Shown here piece after piece: positions 1 through 14,544 of a DNA stretch of 64,000 bases (the first letter of the stretch is position 1; each line of letters starts with the position of its first letter). Location: contig MU053652.1 of assembly GCA_013239625.1 (NCBI GenBank), positions 6,315,902-6,379,901 of the forward strand, in the 5' to 3' direction. Below the pieces are notes generated by a model. It did no database searches. It was not told the origin of the DNA and saw only the letters and a program-made list of their open reading frames with translations. The position numbers and the translations under genes are program-made. The DNA is from Lama guanicoe. Taxonomy: Eukaryota.

Positions 1-1629
1 ATATTCCTTAAAAGAAGAATTTTAAATATATTGAAAACAATAAAGGAAGATGAAGATTCTAATATATCAGGTCTTTGACAATGGAGGAGAGAGAATTATT
101 TACTCTGAGTGGTAACCATCCACCATGCTATGCTTGGAGAGATGTCGGGGTGTGTGTGTGTGTGCACGCACGCATGTGTGTGAGTGATTACTGGAGATAA
201 ATTGGGCTGGTCGTGAAGCACATTAAGCCCAGTCAGGTCTGGTGATTCTCACAAGATTTCTCCAGCCCTTGGCCTGAACAAATTTGTCTCTGACCTAAGG
301 CTGATGATTTTGATGATTGATTATATTTCTGTCAAGTGAGCTGCTAGCAGTGAGAGATGTGAGTCTCCCTGAATCCCTCGTCATTGCGCTCAAGCTTTCC
401 TTTATGCCTGGCACTATCATTGCACTCTGGCCCTTCAATCATCACCTCCACTTTCACACTCAAAGCGCTCACCGAAGGGTTCCAAAATGTCACAAAGATA
501 AGATATATGAATGTATGGAGGAAATGGAGAATCCTCAGTTTAATTTGTGTTCACCTTAATCTTGCCAGTAAGAAGATAGTGACACATGCTATTTTCCGGT
601 GGCAAGCTACAAGGAAAGGACAATTTGCCACGGGAACATTATATTTTTTTCCAAAGAATAACTGATTTAACCTCTTGAGAAACTCTCTTCTGTGTGTGTC
701 TGTCTGTCTGTCTGTGTATCAATGGTAAATCTTGATTTAAATAAAAGATTGGTATTGGTTAGTTTTCTGATTTACCAAAGGATTCTAAATGTATACTCTA
801 ATTACAAGAGACATATTGTTTTTAAGACAGAGGTTGTTTTGTTTCACTATAACATACGTATTTTAGTATAAATCGCACTTTCTAACTTTATTGTCAAGTG
901 GATTATCAGAACGATCATTTGTGATGTACATACAAGACCTACATTTGGGAGGAGGCTGGATTGGACTAACTCCAAAGTGTCTTTCCAGAATTCGCAACAT
1001 ATTTGCATACTTAAGCAATCAGAAGAAGAAAAGGCAGAGATTGCTCTGGTTTTCCCATTGCCTGTCATGGAAGGCCTGGCATTTCTCGTTTACTTGGTGT
1101 GGCCATCAGTTTCTTCAGGCTTTTGGAAGCCATTCTCACAGCAAATTTGCATTGCCTTCTAGGGTCCAGGTCAGGATGTTAAATACACACCCCAGGAAAC
1201 TGTTTCCATCTTCATAAACTTGCCCTCATCTTCCTCTGCCCTCCTGCCCCAGCACCTTCAGAATCCAGTCCCATATACAGTCTTGTGATCCCTGTTCTGA
1301 CAAGTTGGCCGGGTCTGACAGCTCCTGCAGCATCTACTCTTATTCCCCACTTAGTGATTGAGCTCATCTTTGGCCCTCTTGTATTGTTTGTCATCCACCT
1401 GATACATTTTCATGACCAGTGTTATTTCCTTCTATCAGAACCCCATCCATGTTTACCATTAATGATTATCTTAAGACTACACCACTACTTTGTGTGTCAG
1501 TATATCAGGGTGTATCAGTGCTCCATTTACTGCCAGGAAGAGGTCCTCATTGCTAGGCAGGCAATGTGTGACCCAGATCCAAAATTTTGTCTTAGAATCT
1601 GTTTCCCTAACCACTTTCAGTAGCAACTG

Positions 1630-2040
1630 CAGCAGGTTCAGTTTCCAGGAAAACAGATTCCGAGACACATATTAGCATGCAAGAGGTTAACTGATGATGG
1701 CTCTTGGAACAATGCCTGCACAGAAGTAGAAGAGAGTGGAAATGAACAGAGTAGAAATTGGGCTGCGGTGCAGTCACAACAAGGTTTTGTCCCATGGGAA
1801 CCTCGAAGCTGGACTGGGCCATCAGAGTTGCCCCATGATAACTCTATAAAGGAAGCTGGACTTTCATACACTCCCACATCAACCAGTCATGCCTTCAGGA
1901 AGGGCGCGTTTCTTTGGGGAAGGTAACTCCTCAGCAGAGGACGGTCAGCTGAGAGGACAGACGTCTGAGATGTATTACACAGCATCAGGGGATCCTTCAG
2001 TCCTGAAGGAGGATCGGGGTGGCAGCACACAGCTTCCCCT
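1630..2040. mobile_element. Old ERVL LTR, LTR16-like
   Basis: Motifs aaacagattccgagac..gcatgcaagagg, ttgggctgcggtgcagtc and gaagctggactgggccatcagagttgccc resemble the recalled LTR16 consensus. Confidence 0.6.
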
Positions 2041-3134
2041 AGGACAGCTGAACCACCCTGCTTCTGTGGGGAATCCAGAATCAACGTCTCTAATTTGGAT
2101 TATTGTTTCCAGAAAGACTCGCCCTCTTTATGTCCATATCACAAACTATGTATTATTTTCATACACTGCTGTATATTGCCTGCACTGAAGACAACCACAT
2201 TTTTTAACCTCTACTTTAGTCATTCCACAAGTCTATACAAAACTTCAGAGAAGGGTCATGTCCACAGGAGCATACACGTGTTGAGAACAGATGGTATACT
2301 TAGAGCATGGAGCTGTGTGTTGGTTGTGCAATTTTCCCTATGGAAACTGTAAGCATAGACATGCTTTGGCTAGTTGAGAATGGCCTCAGTTAGAATTGAA
2401 GGAGTCCTTTCGTTCTCCCCAGTTAACAGGCGGAAATCTGGAATCAAATCTTCTTTTGTGTGTACTTCTGCTATGTTTTTCTAATTGTTCTATATTCAGT
2501 CACATTACTTAGCAAACTGTGTGCTGATCAAAATTTGTGATCTCTTTCTCTAACACAATTTAGGCTTCTCTCTTTAACCATTTTGATTTTAATTTCTGTA
2601 ATTCTGATAGTCATTTGTTTCGTGGATGCCAGATGTCGGAAAAGATCCCAGCAATACCTCCACAGTGCCAAGAGACATTGTTGAAAGCTTAAAGAACAAA
2701 AGCTCAGAAAGAGAAGACAGAGATGAACACTGGTTTAGTCAGAAAGCTTCTGCATCTGTTACACTCAACACACAGACACACACAATCACCTGTATCCATA
2801 CATGCTACTGATCAAAGATCAGCTTGTTAATTAGAATCTTGATTTCTCTAACAGAATTACCAATAGCAGATTTTCATTTGTGGGTTTATTTACTTATTTA
2901 TTTTTGACTTAAAAATTGTAATCATTATTCCTATTTTATACTTTGAGAGCTTACCATTATTTATTTATAGTTATTAGGTACTAACTCACTGATTAAGATG
3001 AAGAATACAACAGAAATGATGTTATAATGTGTACTTCTGGCTAAGATAATGAATGAAGGTGATTGGCCCATATGCCTTAATTAAAATACTAAAAAAAATA
3101 TGCTTTTGGGTATCACATGGGATTAATTTTTTTC

Positions 3135-3490
3135 AAAACTTTTTATTTTGAGGTATCTGACTTTTGGAAAGTTTCAAGATTACTAAAAACTCCCTTCACT
3201 CTGATTTCCCAAATGTTAACATTTTATAATATTTGCTGTATCCTTTCTCTCTTTTTCCATTTATTATTGTTTATTATGTACCTCTAATTTTTTTCTGAAC
3301 CATTTCAGAGTAAGTTGCAGACATGATGCCCCCTAACTTTTAACTTCAATATGGCTTCCTATAAACTAATATATTATTTCACATAACTGCAGTGTAACTA
3401 TCAAACTAGGAAATTAACAATGATATAATACTGTTAGATAATCATTATACCTTGTTCAGATTTCACCAATTATCTCCATAATGTCCTGTC
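3135..3490 (-). mobile_element. Ancient L1 3' end (L1MC4/5-like)
   Basis: ttttctgaaccatttcagagtaagttgcagacatgatgcccc and aggaaattaacaatgatataatac are typical antisense L1MC 3' UTR motifs. Confidence 0.7.
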
Positions 3491-3919
3491 AATTTATAAT
3501 TATCGACAGGCATAATTATGACTATTTTCCTTTCTTTAGAAGAGTAACATTTAGTTATGGATCCTTAATACATAAAACCTCTGAAAGTACATACTTTATT
3601 TTGTATTTGTGTGCATGTGTAATTTTCTCTGGGAAAGGGTCTATATAACTTCATCAGATTCTCAAAAAGGTAACTATCCTCAAGTTTATGGACCATTTAA
3701 CCTCAGGTTAATGGACCACTGAAGGGGGAGGTAAGCAGAGGCAGTATGGGGCCCAGAGGCAAGAGTACAGGGTTTGAGGAGTGCTTGCTCAAACCTGGTA
3801 GGGATCTGGGTAAAGAGATTCACATGGTTCTCAAGATTTGTACCTGGTTCTGTTTCATGCAATATGGCCTGAGAACAGATAGCATTTGAGATATAAATCC
3901 TCAAGGCAGGAATATATAG

Positions 3920-4360
3920 TGTGTTTCAGGGGCTTTACAGAACAGATGTCAAGAAGGAAGTAGACATTTAAGATATTTATTGGGAGAAGTGCCAGTAAAG
4001 GAAAAAAGAGAGGGACCAGGACAAGGTAGCGAGAGCTTACAGGCAGTGATGCAGGTCTGACACCTGTGAAGGAGAAGGGGAAGAATGGAGGATTGTGTAC
4101 AAAGAGTGTCAGACTGCAGGATTCTAAGAAAATTCAGCCAGGCTAGTGGTGAGTCTCTGAGCTAAAGTCCTCCATAAGAGGAGTCCCAGGTGGGGCAAGA
4201 ATGGACCGCTTTGGTACCCCTACTATGTTTTTACATTGATGGAAGCAGCTAATCGGAAGTATGACCTTGGAATAAATACAATGTTGGATCCACAGTACAG
4301 CAGCTGGGTCCTTTAGACAGCTACGTTCCCTTAGCAGATAAGCAATGCATTTCACACTGG
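3920..4360. mobile_element. Old ERVL LTR, LTR16A/B-like
   Basis: atttattgggagaagtgcc, gatgcaggtctgacacctgtgaaggagaaggg, tcagactgcag and ctgagctaaagtc..agaggagtccc motifs. Confidence 0.7.
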
Positions 4361-5741
4361 TGAGTCCATCCAGCTCCCCTGGGACACTATCTGAGGTATC
4401 TGGAGCTTGCTAGTAGTCAACGTGATAAGGGTACAGTCAAGCAAATAAGCAGTACACACTCTCTTTCAGGAGACCTGGCAAACTGCAGGCACTCCATAAA
4501 TTATAGTTGAATAAATGTCATTATGGGCACCCATGTCCCATATGGGGTTCTAAGTAGCACAAAAAATATCTATGTCTCAATACTAACACTCCTATTTATG
4601 TTAAAACATTTGAAGTGGCACGCAATTGCAATTACGTTAATAGGAACAGAAACTGTCAAAGAGATCTTATAGAGTTGACCTCAATAGTTTTATTTATTTA
4701 AAAATAATCTTCAAAAGTGTTGCTGGATTTTTCCATTTGTTTTTGTTGGTTTCCTTTTATCAACTGAAACTTACTTTTGCTTTTGTCACAATTTACATTA
4801 TACTGAAAATACACATCTGAACCTATGATCCACATGCAAATGCAGAGTTCTTTCAGAATTTGTGAATATTTTTCAGCTGCTTTGTGATAGGAAGCCAATT
4901 ATGTACAATATATCAAAGAGAGGAAGCAATTACATCCATTTTCTTGGGCACTGAGAAATTTGATAAGGTTGACACTTGGCACATTGAGCTGTGATAACAG
5001 TTAATTTTTTAAATGGCATAAAATATAGGGCAGTTGAATTGAAGCCATTTGTTTTTAAATTGTTGGAAATTGCGTTACCTTAGATGCTTTCTGATGACAA
5101 GAGGGAGTGAAAAAATTAATTTAGAAATCTGTTCTAAATGCAAAATGAGTACTAGGCTCATTCAATTAAAACAAAACACTTCATTCTAAGAATAAACCAA
5201 CTCCTGGAACCTAACGATTAGCTTCACATGGGGCTGGACCTTCGTGAAACTGTGAAGAAGGCAAAGTCTTCTCACTGTGCATGATGTTTTTACTGAATTC
5301 TTTTCCATTTCAAAATGATGCGTCTTTCCTTTTTTTTTTCCTACAAGGCAACCAATACCCACATTTCTTCTTCTTTTCTTCATTAAAATATCCTCTCAGG
5401 GATACCAGATGAATTTAACAATACTCTAAGAGAGATGACTTACAATTTTAATGCATGGAGTTTCCATCCATTTATTCATTGGGCATCTCTAATGGGACAA
5501 AGGCTGTATACTCTACTTACCATATCATGTGCCCATTGGGAAGTCATGACCTGGACTCAGCAGTGGTACAAAAGGGGCTTCACTTGAACTCGAAGCAAAT
5601 TTGCCCCGTGGGCATGCTGAATTGTGGTAGGTGGGGTGAAATTCAGTCAGAAGTAGTAGCACAGTCAACAATAGGCAGGTGGGAACAGAGTGATGTCTCT
5701 GGGACATTATAAGTGATACATGGAGTCTAGAGCAAGTGACA

Positions 5742-5862
5742 TGGTGACAATATGTCCTGCATTTTCTGGGGTCACCCTAGTTTACACTTGTTGTCCTGGC
5801 ATAATTAATAACAATACTTGCTTTTGGTCCCAAATGTTCAGTTTGGACATTATATGATCACT
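5742..5862. mobile_element. MER94-like hAT-Blackjack MITE
   Basis: Degenerate terminal inverted repeats ggtgacaatat / atatgatcac and internal tttacacttgttgtcctggcataatta. Confidence 0.7.
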
Positions 5863-7151
5863 TTGAGCACAGAAAAAATCATGAGAGATGAATGTTAAGG
5901 TTACAGAGATAGGCAGGGACTATATTTTGGGTACATATTATGCTAAGCAAGGCATTTGAACTTCACTTGAAGGCAGTAGGAAACTTCCACTTCATCTAAA
6001 CTTAAGAAATTAAAAAAAAAACACAAAAATCCTGAGGTCTAATTGTGAACTATCAGATATCAGTAAAATGTAGGAGGCATTACAACAGGATCATTTCCTG
6101 ATAACATCATTCATGCCATGGAAATAACCTCTCATTTCAAACACTGGTTTTCCTATAGCTATGTCTCTATCTCCACATATAAACATTAAGGCCTGACAGC
6201 GTGGCTACTGGCTTTATTATTTTAAACATCAATGTAAACAAAAAATTCTTGGAATATCTACTAAACAAAACAGGTTCCTTGTGTATTGCTTTCAGATATA
6301 CCAATGGGAAGGATTATGCCTCAGTGAATTGGTAAAGAACATTGGTAATGGATTTAAACAGCCATGGAGCATGTTAAAGAATTTTCTTTAAGAAAATACA
6401 AATATTTAAAATAAAGAGGAAAAAATTACAACTCATTCTCAAGATTTTCTTTCCTTTCTCCAAGGTGAAATTCTGCAAGTGCCTGTCACATAAACCTACA
6501 GGTCCCCTGAGATGAGACATCCTAGGTCACCTCAGCAGAGACCCATCCTTTCCTGGATTTAATTAAGGCTCTGTGGTGAAAAATATCTTTCCAGTGACTG
6601 CAGAGAGCTCAGTGGAAGCTGTGGAAAATGAACAGGATAAACACGAAGTAGCACTGACCATTTTATAATAATTCCAGTGATGTCTCAGAACTGCACATTG
6701 AGTTTAGTAAACACAGTTTGCTGATCCACATCAGGAATTTTGCTGCAACAACAAATTACAGCTATGTGTACAGAGACCCGAACACGAGTGAGAAGAATAG
6801 AAAGCCACAAGCATATTTACAAGAGGAGAAATTCTGAGCTCATACTTGGGTGGGATAGTAGAAATGATTTGCGTTTCATTTATTTGGGTATATTCTAATA
6901 TTGCATTTGTTATCTCAGACACAAGCTTTAATTTTCTCCCATAAAATACATATTATTATCTCTTTTTAACACAAATTCTTTGCAATGATATAAAGGCACA
7001 TGTTATTTTGAGATAAATTCTAACTGTTCCTTGAGTAGAAGAAATGGGGCAAAGAGAAGGTAGGATAATGGTGGTATAGTGAAAGTTGGAGGTCTGTGTT
7101 TACCAACAAAGCACTTTTCAGGGGGCTGAATTGCCCTCAAATTCATTTGTC

Positions 7152-8246
7152 TAATCAAAAAATGGGCAGAAAATCTAAACAGACATTTGTCCAGTGAAGA
7201 CATACAGATGTCCGATAAGCACATGAAAAGATGCTCAATATCGCTAATTATCAGAGAAATGCAATACAAAACTACAATGAAGTATCACCTCATACTGGTT
7301 AGAATAGCCATCATTAAAAAGTCAAACAATAAATGTTGGAGAGAGTGTGGAGAAAAGAGAAACCTCCTACACTGTTGGTGGGAACGTAATTTGGTGCTGC
7401 CACTACGGAGAATAATATAGAGATTCTTTAAAAAAACTAAAAATAGAGTTACCCTGTGATCCAGCAACCCCATTCCTGGGAAAATATTTGGAGGAAACTC
7501 TAATTTGAAAATATATATGCACCCCAATGTTCATAGAAGCACTATTTACAATAGCCAAGACATGGAAGCAACCTAAATGTCCATTGAAAGATGATTGGAT
7601 AAAAAGATGTGGTATACAAAAACAGACATAAGGATCAATGGAACAGAACAGAGAGCCCAGAAATAAACCCACACACCTACGGTCAATTAATCTTCAACCA
7701 AAGAGGCCAGAATATACAATGGACAAAAGACAGTGTCTTCGGCAAGTGGTGGTGGGAAAGCTGGACAGCTACATTTAAATCAATGAAAAACACTTCCTCA
7801 CACTATTCACAAAAATAAATTCACAATGGCTTAAAGACTTAAACAGAAGACAAGATACCATAAAGCTCCTAGAAGAGAACACAGGCAAAACATTCTGTGA
7901 TACAAATTGTAGTAATTTTCTCCTAGGTCACTATACCAAGGCACTAGAAATAAAAGCAAAAATAAAAATGAGACCTAATTAAACATATAAGCTTTTGCAC
8001 AACAAAGGAAACTATAAACAAAATGAAAAGACAGCCTACAGAATGGGAGAAAATATTTGCAAATGATGCAACTGACAAAGGCTTAATATTCAGAATATAC
8101 AAATAACTCATACAACTCAATAACAAAACAAAACAAAACAAAAAAACAACCCAATCAAAAAATGGGCAGAAGACCTAAGCAGACATTTTTCTAATGAAGA
8201 CACAGAGATGACCAATAGGCACATGGAAAGATGCTTAATGTCACTA
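7152..8246 (+). mobile_element. L1 ORF2 C-terminal fragments in permuted order
   Basis: ORFs [34 protein letters not shown] and [27 protein letters not shown] are L1 ORF2 sequence. The normally upstream piece (7617-8246) follows the downstream piece (7152-7616). Confidence 0.93.
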
Positions 8247-9154
8247 AAAATTAATGGTAATCTCCTTGATGCTACTTAAGTCTACCTTTCTCTGGTCATT
8301 TCTTCTATCCTTCTTACTAGACCATTTATGCTTTTTCTGTCACAGGTGATTCAGAATTTGGCATGGGATTTTGAACTGTAACAAATCTCTTTACATGACT
8401 TGATTTACTCTACTAAATAGAATTGTCTACGTTTTGGATTCTTCTGGTGATTCTGAATTTCCATAATTTCTGTTAATTTGAAGATAAGTTCAAAGACTCT
8501 GAGTCATTAATAGATGTTTAGTTTGGTAATTCTGCAAGATTTTCATTCTTCAGATTCAATATTTTCTGAATTTCATCTACAACCTATAGAATTATATTGA
8601 CTTTCTAAGGTATGAAAGAGCGTAACTTAAGTTTTTTGTACAATAAAAATTAGATAATGATACTTAAAACTATTGTAAGTAAAAATGAATTCATGTTCTG
8701 TTGCCAGAAATAGAAAGTTTTAAAAAGGAAAAAAAAAATCCTTAGTCCCTCATTTTGAAGAAGCCAGAGGGGGAATATATTATGATGTTCAGAGAAAAAG
8801 TATTGCCCAGAAACAACCATAGATTAACAGCGCTGTTTCTTTCTAAAAAAATACCCCAAGATGAATGACCTATTCATCATATTACTGAAACTTGATAGAA
8901 AGATCCCTTAAAAATATTTAACCTCTCTTGTTCTGATTCTATATTCACAAAACAATTGGAATCCAACCTAATTTGGAGTTAGTGTCAAATTCTCCATCAG
9001 AAAGAGATATGGGCTGACGGAATAACACAAGTTTGCTAACAAGTTATCAAACAATGAATTAGCACCTGGATCACAAATTATTCTCTTATGAGTTTGCCTA
9101 TAATAAGTTAGCTTCTCATGGTTAATTCAAACATGTATACACTGATACAGTTAA

Positions 9155-9405
9155 GAACAGTGTGGCAGTTAAGATGGGAGGCCCTTGAGTCTGACTCTGT
9201 ATTAGCAGGCTACCTAAGAGCTACATGTCCTTGGGCAAATTAAGAGATAGTCTCCTTATCAGGAAAAGAGGGCTAATAATATATACTTTAAGGAGTTGTT
9301 GTGAGAATAAGGTAACAGAAGAAGTATGTTAGCACATATAAAATTCTTAGAAAAGTGGCACATGGTAAATGCTCACTAAATATTAACTGTTGCTACTACT
9401 ACTAT
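9155..9405 (+). mobile_element. MIR SINE
   Basis: gtccttgggcaaatta..ggagttgttgtgagaataa..cttagaaaagtggcacatggtaaatgctcactaaat, followed by a (tac)n tail. Confidence 0.75.
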
Positions 9406-10947
9406 TAACTTCTTATCATTTAAACTTACTTACCTACTTACTGTAATCAGAAACAATATAGCTTTAATGATTCCCAGCTTAAATAGCCTGTTAGTTTTAC
9501 CAGTACTTAAGTAAGTGGAATCCAGGGTGGAATAAGATATCTACTTTGATAAAACCAATATGTGTTATTAAGCATCTTGCTCAGATCAAGTTGAAATAAT
9601 TATATATAGATAAACAATTCATATCTTATTTTACTGCTTAATTATTTAGTGATATATCGCTTTGGTTCTCTAACCTGAGCTTTAACCAATACATGTTCTT
9701 TTGTTCTTTGGCATCATCCATGTGCACTATGTTTCTTTCTTACAATTAGAATAGCAATTAAAGTGAAGCAAGCAAAAGTAAGCTCATTGTATTACAATGT
9801 GAGGTCACTTCCATAAGATTGGCACTTGCTGAGTATTTTACCACAATACAATTGCAGACAATTTGCTTTCACTTTATGACAATTAAGAGAGTATGGCATT
9901 ATTTCAAGCTTTGATTAAGGGAGTTTATCTCAATAAATGCGAAAAAAAGCACTCTGGTGCTTTGCGGAGATAACTCATTTCTTACCCGAAGTGGGAGGTT
10001 TAACTCAAAATGTTTCTGTTTCAGAATTCTGGTGTCCTCATTATCCACATATTTCTGCTCTAAAAACACTGAAGAAAGATGTACTTCCTTTGTAATGTGA
10101 GCAAAGCAGCGTCCCAGAGAAAGTTCATCACAGTTTCAACCTAAAGAGACCTCTTCCATTACACACAGATGTCCAATAAGACAGTATTCTTTTTCTCTCA
10201 TTTCCTGATAATTGTATTGAAATATCACTCACATACAGTGTAAGGCTGTGAAGATTGCATGATGATTTAATAGGCTAGAGCTGGGGTTTGCAATATTAAC
10301 TTTAAAGAAAAGGAAGTTCTAAGTTGTTTCATGCACAATGAAACAGTTAATAAGCAAAACTCAAGAGATAGGAATCATAAAAACCTAAAGTATGATCAAT
10401 TTCAATTTTTAGACAGAGAACTGAATTCTTAGTAGCCAACTGATCCACTCACATATTCAACGAATATTTGTCTTAATTTCAGCCAGAGAGATCCCCAGTC
10501 CCAGGGACCAAAGGTAAGCTTGGGAAAGTGAGAGAAGCCACAAAGGGAAGTAGAGGCTCAACTATGGGATGACTTTTGGGGCCGGGTCAAGGGATCAAGA
10601 CACTATGGAACTACAAGACAGCTTAAAGTAGAAAAATATCTTGACCAAAAACGTTGGTTTCATAGCGCATAGAGGAAGATGAAAAATGTATTTTATTTAT
10701 GGGTTTAATGTAAATTTAACTTTAACTATTAGATATATTTCTAAATTTGAGTTAATTAGAAAGTTAGCTTCTTATATAAAAAAATCGATGACACATAACC
10801 TATTTTGAGACCTGAGACATTTCTAACTTTCAGCAGAGCATGAAGGGGAAAAATAATGTGGATATTAAAAACAAAATTTGGACTCACTTGTCTCATATTT
10901 TTTCATCTGGATACCATCACTGATAAAGGATAAGTTTCATACAGTCT

Positions 10948-11060
10948 TTTTTAAAAAATTGAAGTATAATCAGTTACAATGTGTCAATTTCTGGTATACA
11001 GCATAATGTTTCAGTCATATATATATATATATATACATACACACACACACATATATTCTT
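10948..11060 (-). mobile_element. Short artiodactyl-type L1 3' end with (TA)n(CA)n microsatellite
   Basis: ttgaagtataatcagttacaatgtgtcaatttctggtatacagcataatgtttcagtcatat. Confidence 0.75.
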
Positions 11061-13239
11061 AAATGCCAGTGATAACTGACACAAAGTTCATAAGACTATC
11101 TCTATAATACAGAGAAATGAACCAGGAGGCTCTCCCATACAGCAGAGCTTGGGCAGCCAGCCTGTCATACGAAAAGGCAAACTGGGATCTCTCCTGTGTT
11201 CTGGCAATTTCATATATTCAAAGGTGGGATGAATGCTATATTTAATATGACATAAGCATGTAAATGCTACATCAGACTGCTCAACGATTACTGATCTGCA
11301 TATATACAGACTGAACAGATGAATCCATCAACGGCTCTAAGAAGATTCTGCAACATCTGGGCAACAGTAAAGTATATCCCAACTTTGAAGCACGTGAAAT
11401 TTAGTTTTATGTCCCTATTTCTACCCTTCTGTATCCTCTTTTCTGCTCTCTACTCTTTCTGCCTGACAAATCTGAAGTTGCCCCTGAATGCTCAAGCTTC
11501 ATAGTTACAACACCCAAAGATGCTTGTTTCACTGGACTCTGGACAGTTTCTACCCGAATCAAAATTTGTCATTCCTAAGGGTAAGCAAGCATCTATGGTC
11601 TTACTAAGCATTTAATTAATTCATATAATAGTTAGATGATTGAAAAATGATAAATGATACCCTGTCAGATGATATTTATATCTCACATAAAGGGCTTCCA
11701 TTCTTTCACTGAGTATGTGAGGAGTAACTGAATTGCAACTCTTCTGGTAAAGTCAGTGGGGTAGGGAGGTTTGCAGGTGCGGATTTCTCTGAGCATCTCA
11801 CATCATACAAGATGAGAAGCTACTGATTTTGCTCATGAGTGCTCAGGGCTTTGTCCCTGGGTGACCATTTAGAGTCGATTAAGCCTATCCAAAAAGCATC
11901 TGTTATCAAATCTTAATATATATACACAGCAAGATACATAGTGAGACTGAATTTAATTTCTCCTACGAAAGAGAGCTTAATATCCTCTTAATGAGGTTGA
12001 ACGGTTGTAGAGCATGGCCATCTTTATAAACTGATGCTCTGCAAATATTGATAAGAAATCATTCCTTGTAAGACTGGAATTTCAGTGAATTTTAAGAGCA
12101 ACTGCAGTTTTGTAAGTTGTTCCTGTGCTTTAATATGATGTGTATTAAGGGATGTTTCAAATTTAGTGTCTGCTGTGTCTTACTGAAAATCCAGTGATTT
12201 TCAGAACCACTATAATGTATAATTGCCCCTAATGGTGAATTTATAAGTCATTTACAGTTCTGTGATGAACTATGAAATTGACTCGGTTATGAGGATGTAA
12301 TGGTTTAAAAGTATACGGGGAGTTCTATTTAAGTGCCAAATTTCAGGAAATTGGATAGGGAACAACATTTTACAGAACTACTTTGTTTCAGTGAAAATTA
12401 ATTAAACATTTTTTGTAATTCCTTCTTAATACAGAGGATATTTATTTAGACTGAGATATAATTTACTCAGAAATGATTTCAATAATTACTAGGAGGGCAA
12501 TGATCTTGATAATTTTGTCCTAATTCCTGGCTAATGTTAATGAAGTTAAGTATATTCTCTTTGCTCTTAGGAATTTCATGATTATGCCAGGTATCTCTTA
12601 AGAGATAGACTAAGCTGACAAGTTGATCACATATCATGAAACTTATTAACTGAAACCATATTTTTATTAGGTCATATCCTCATGTGAATGATTTTGGGTT
12701 TTCTTTCTATTATAGAAGATAATTCTAGGTCCCTACTCACAAATGTCAGAAGAGAGGTCTAGAAGGTTGGTTCCAGAAGTAGGTGTGTTACCGAAGGACA
12801 AACCTGGTATTTGGTGCTAGTTTTGAAGGTTGGATTTAGGGAAGCTGATATCTACAAGAATTGAGATTGGGGCGAGTCACCAATCCAGGTAAATTGAGGT
12901 CTTAGTTTAAGAAGATCATAAACAGACCCTGCGAAAGCTACACACAGTACACGACCTGAAAACTATAGGACGATCAACTTACTACGTATGAGCATTAGCT
13001 ATATAGTATTTTGACAGTTTCTCCCTACCAAGGTAACAAATAAATATCCAGTCTTTATTGTTACTGCAACATTTAAAGGATCATCATCTTTTCCTGTAGG
13101 CTGTGGCCACAGTAAAGCTTAGATGGTTTAAGATAAAATCCTTGAAAATAATTGAAGCTAGGCGATCTCTCCAAGAAGGGACCTTGAAGTCACTTTTGAA
13201 GACATGTGCATTCCAAAACCTAGAAAATACTTTTCTCTA

Positions 13240-14175
13240 GTATTTTTGTTAAATATCTCTTCAGATATTTTGTAATTTTTTAATTGGGCTGTCTGCCTTT
13301 TTTATTGTTTGTTCTATTCTGGATACAATTCCTTTGCTATATACATGTGCTGAAAATATATTTCCCACTCCGTGGTCTCTTTATTCACTTTCTCAGTGAA
13401 GTCTTTTGATGAAAAGGAGTTCTTAATATTAGTGTACTTCTATGGCTGGGGATATTGTGTTTAGCACATTAAATACTTGCCTATTCCAAAGTCATGAAGA
13501 TTTTTTCTCTTTTTTTTGGAAGATTCAATGTTATATTTTTTCACATTAAGGATCTACAACATATCTGGCTTTTTTAGTATTGTGTGGGGTAGAGGACAGA
13601 CAGATTATTACTTTTCCCATATAGATGGACAATTATCCACGCACTGTTTACTAAAAATACCATTTTCTTACTGCACTATATGTAAGCTTTGTCATAAATA
13701 TAGGCAGGTCTGTTCTGAGCTTTCTATTTCACTAGTATGTGTGTCTACCTTTGGGAACCTATTGTGCTGCATTAACTACTAGTAGGTCTTAAAATCTTTC
13801 AGTATAATTCTTCCAACTTGGATGACTTCTTCAACATTGTCTTGACTTCTCTAGGTTATTTGAATTTCCATATAATTTTTTTTATATAATCACCATGTTA
13901 ATGTTCAGAAAATACATCTAGGAATTTGATTGGGATTGCATTTAATCTATATATCCATTACAGAAAAAAATGACATTTTTCAATATTGAGTTTTCAAATC
14001 CATGAGCAAAGTATTTGTTTTTCTATTTATTTTTGCCCTCTTTAATTTTACTCAGTAAAGTTTGTAGTTTCGGAGGTAAAATCTTACATAGCTTTTATTA
14101 TATGAAAATTAGACAAAATAGTTCTTAGGCATTTGATATCTTTATTCTATTATAAATGGGATTTTAAAATTTATC
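13240..14175 (-). mobile_element. Ancient L1M ORF2 fragment
   Basis: attctggatacaattcctttg, ggaatttgattgggattgcatttaatctata and caatattgagttttcaaatccatgagca are antisense L1 ORF2 motifs. Confidence 0.8.
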
Positions 14176-14189
14176 TATCTTTCCTGGCA

Positions 14190-14540
14190 AAGTAGAAATA
14201 TTAGCTCTAGTTTTCCTCCTTAAAACTAAAAACCCTCAGAAATACAACCCAGCAGGCGTAGGAAGTCTCTTTAATGAGGAAGCAGAAGGTGTGTTCCCTA
14301 GGGACCTTGAGACCCCAGAAAGGCAAGGCAGGGAATTCCTTGGTTTTCCCAAACATCCCAGACAGTGCAGTCCAGAGACCTGAAACCCAGAACTGTCAAC
14401 AGGCACAGAGAAATCGTCAAGAAAAGTGTTTTCTCTTGCCAGAGGATGGGGGAAAATGTGACCTAAAAACATAAAGTCTTTTTGGCAATACCTACCCTAC
14501 TTCAGCTAAAACACCTACAAAATATTTGTACCCCCACTTC
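14190..14540 (+). mobile_element. Probable ancient L1 (L1MC/MD-type) 5' region, left flank of the CNDP2 retrocopy
   Basis: ctagggaccttgagacccc and ccctacttcagctaaaacacc resemble recalled L1M 5' end sequence; similar sequence resumes at 16684-16950. Confidence 0.45.
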
Positions 14541-14544
14541 GAAC

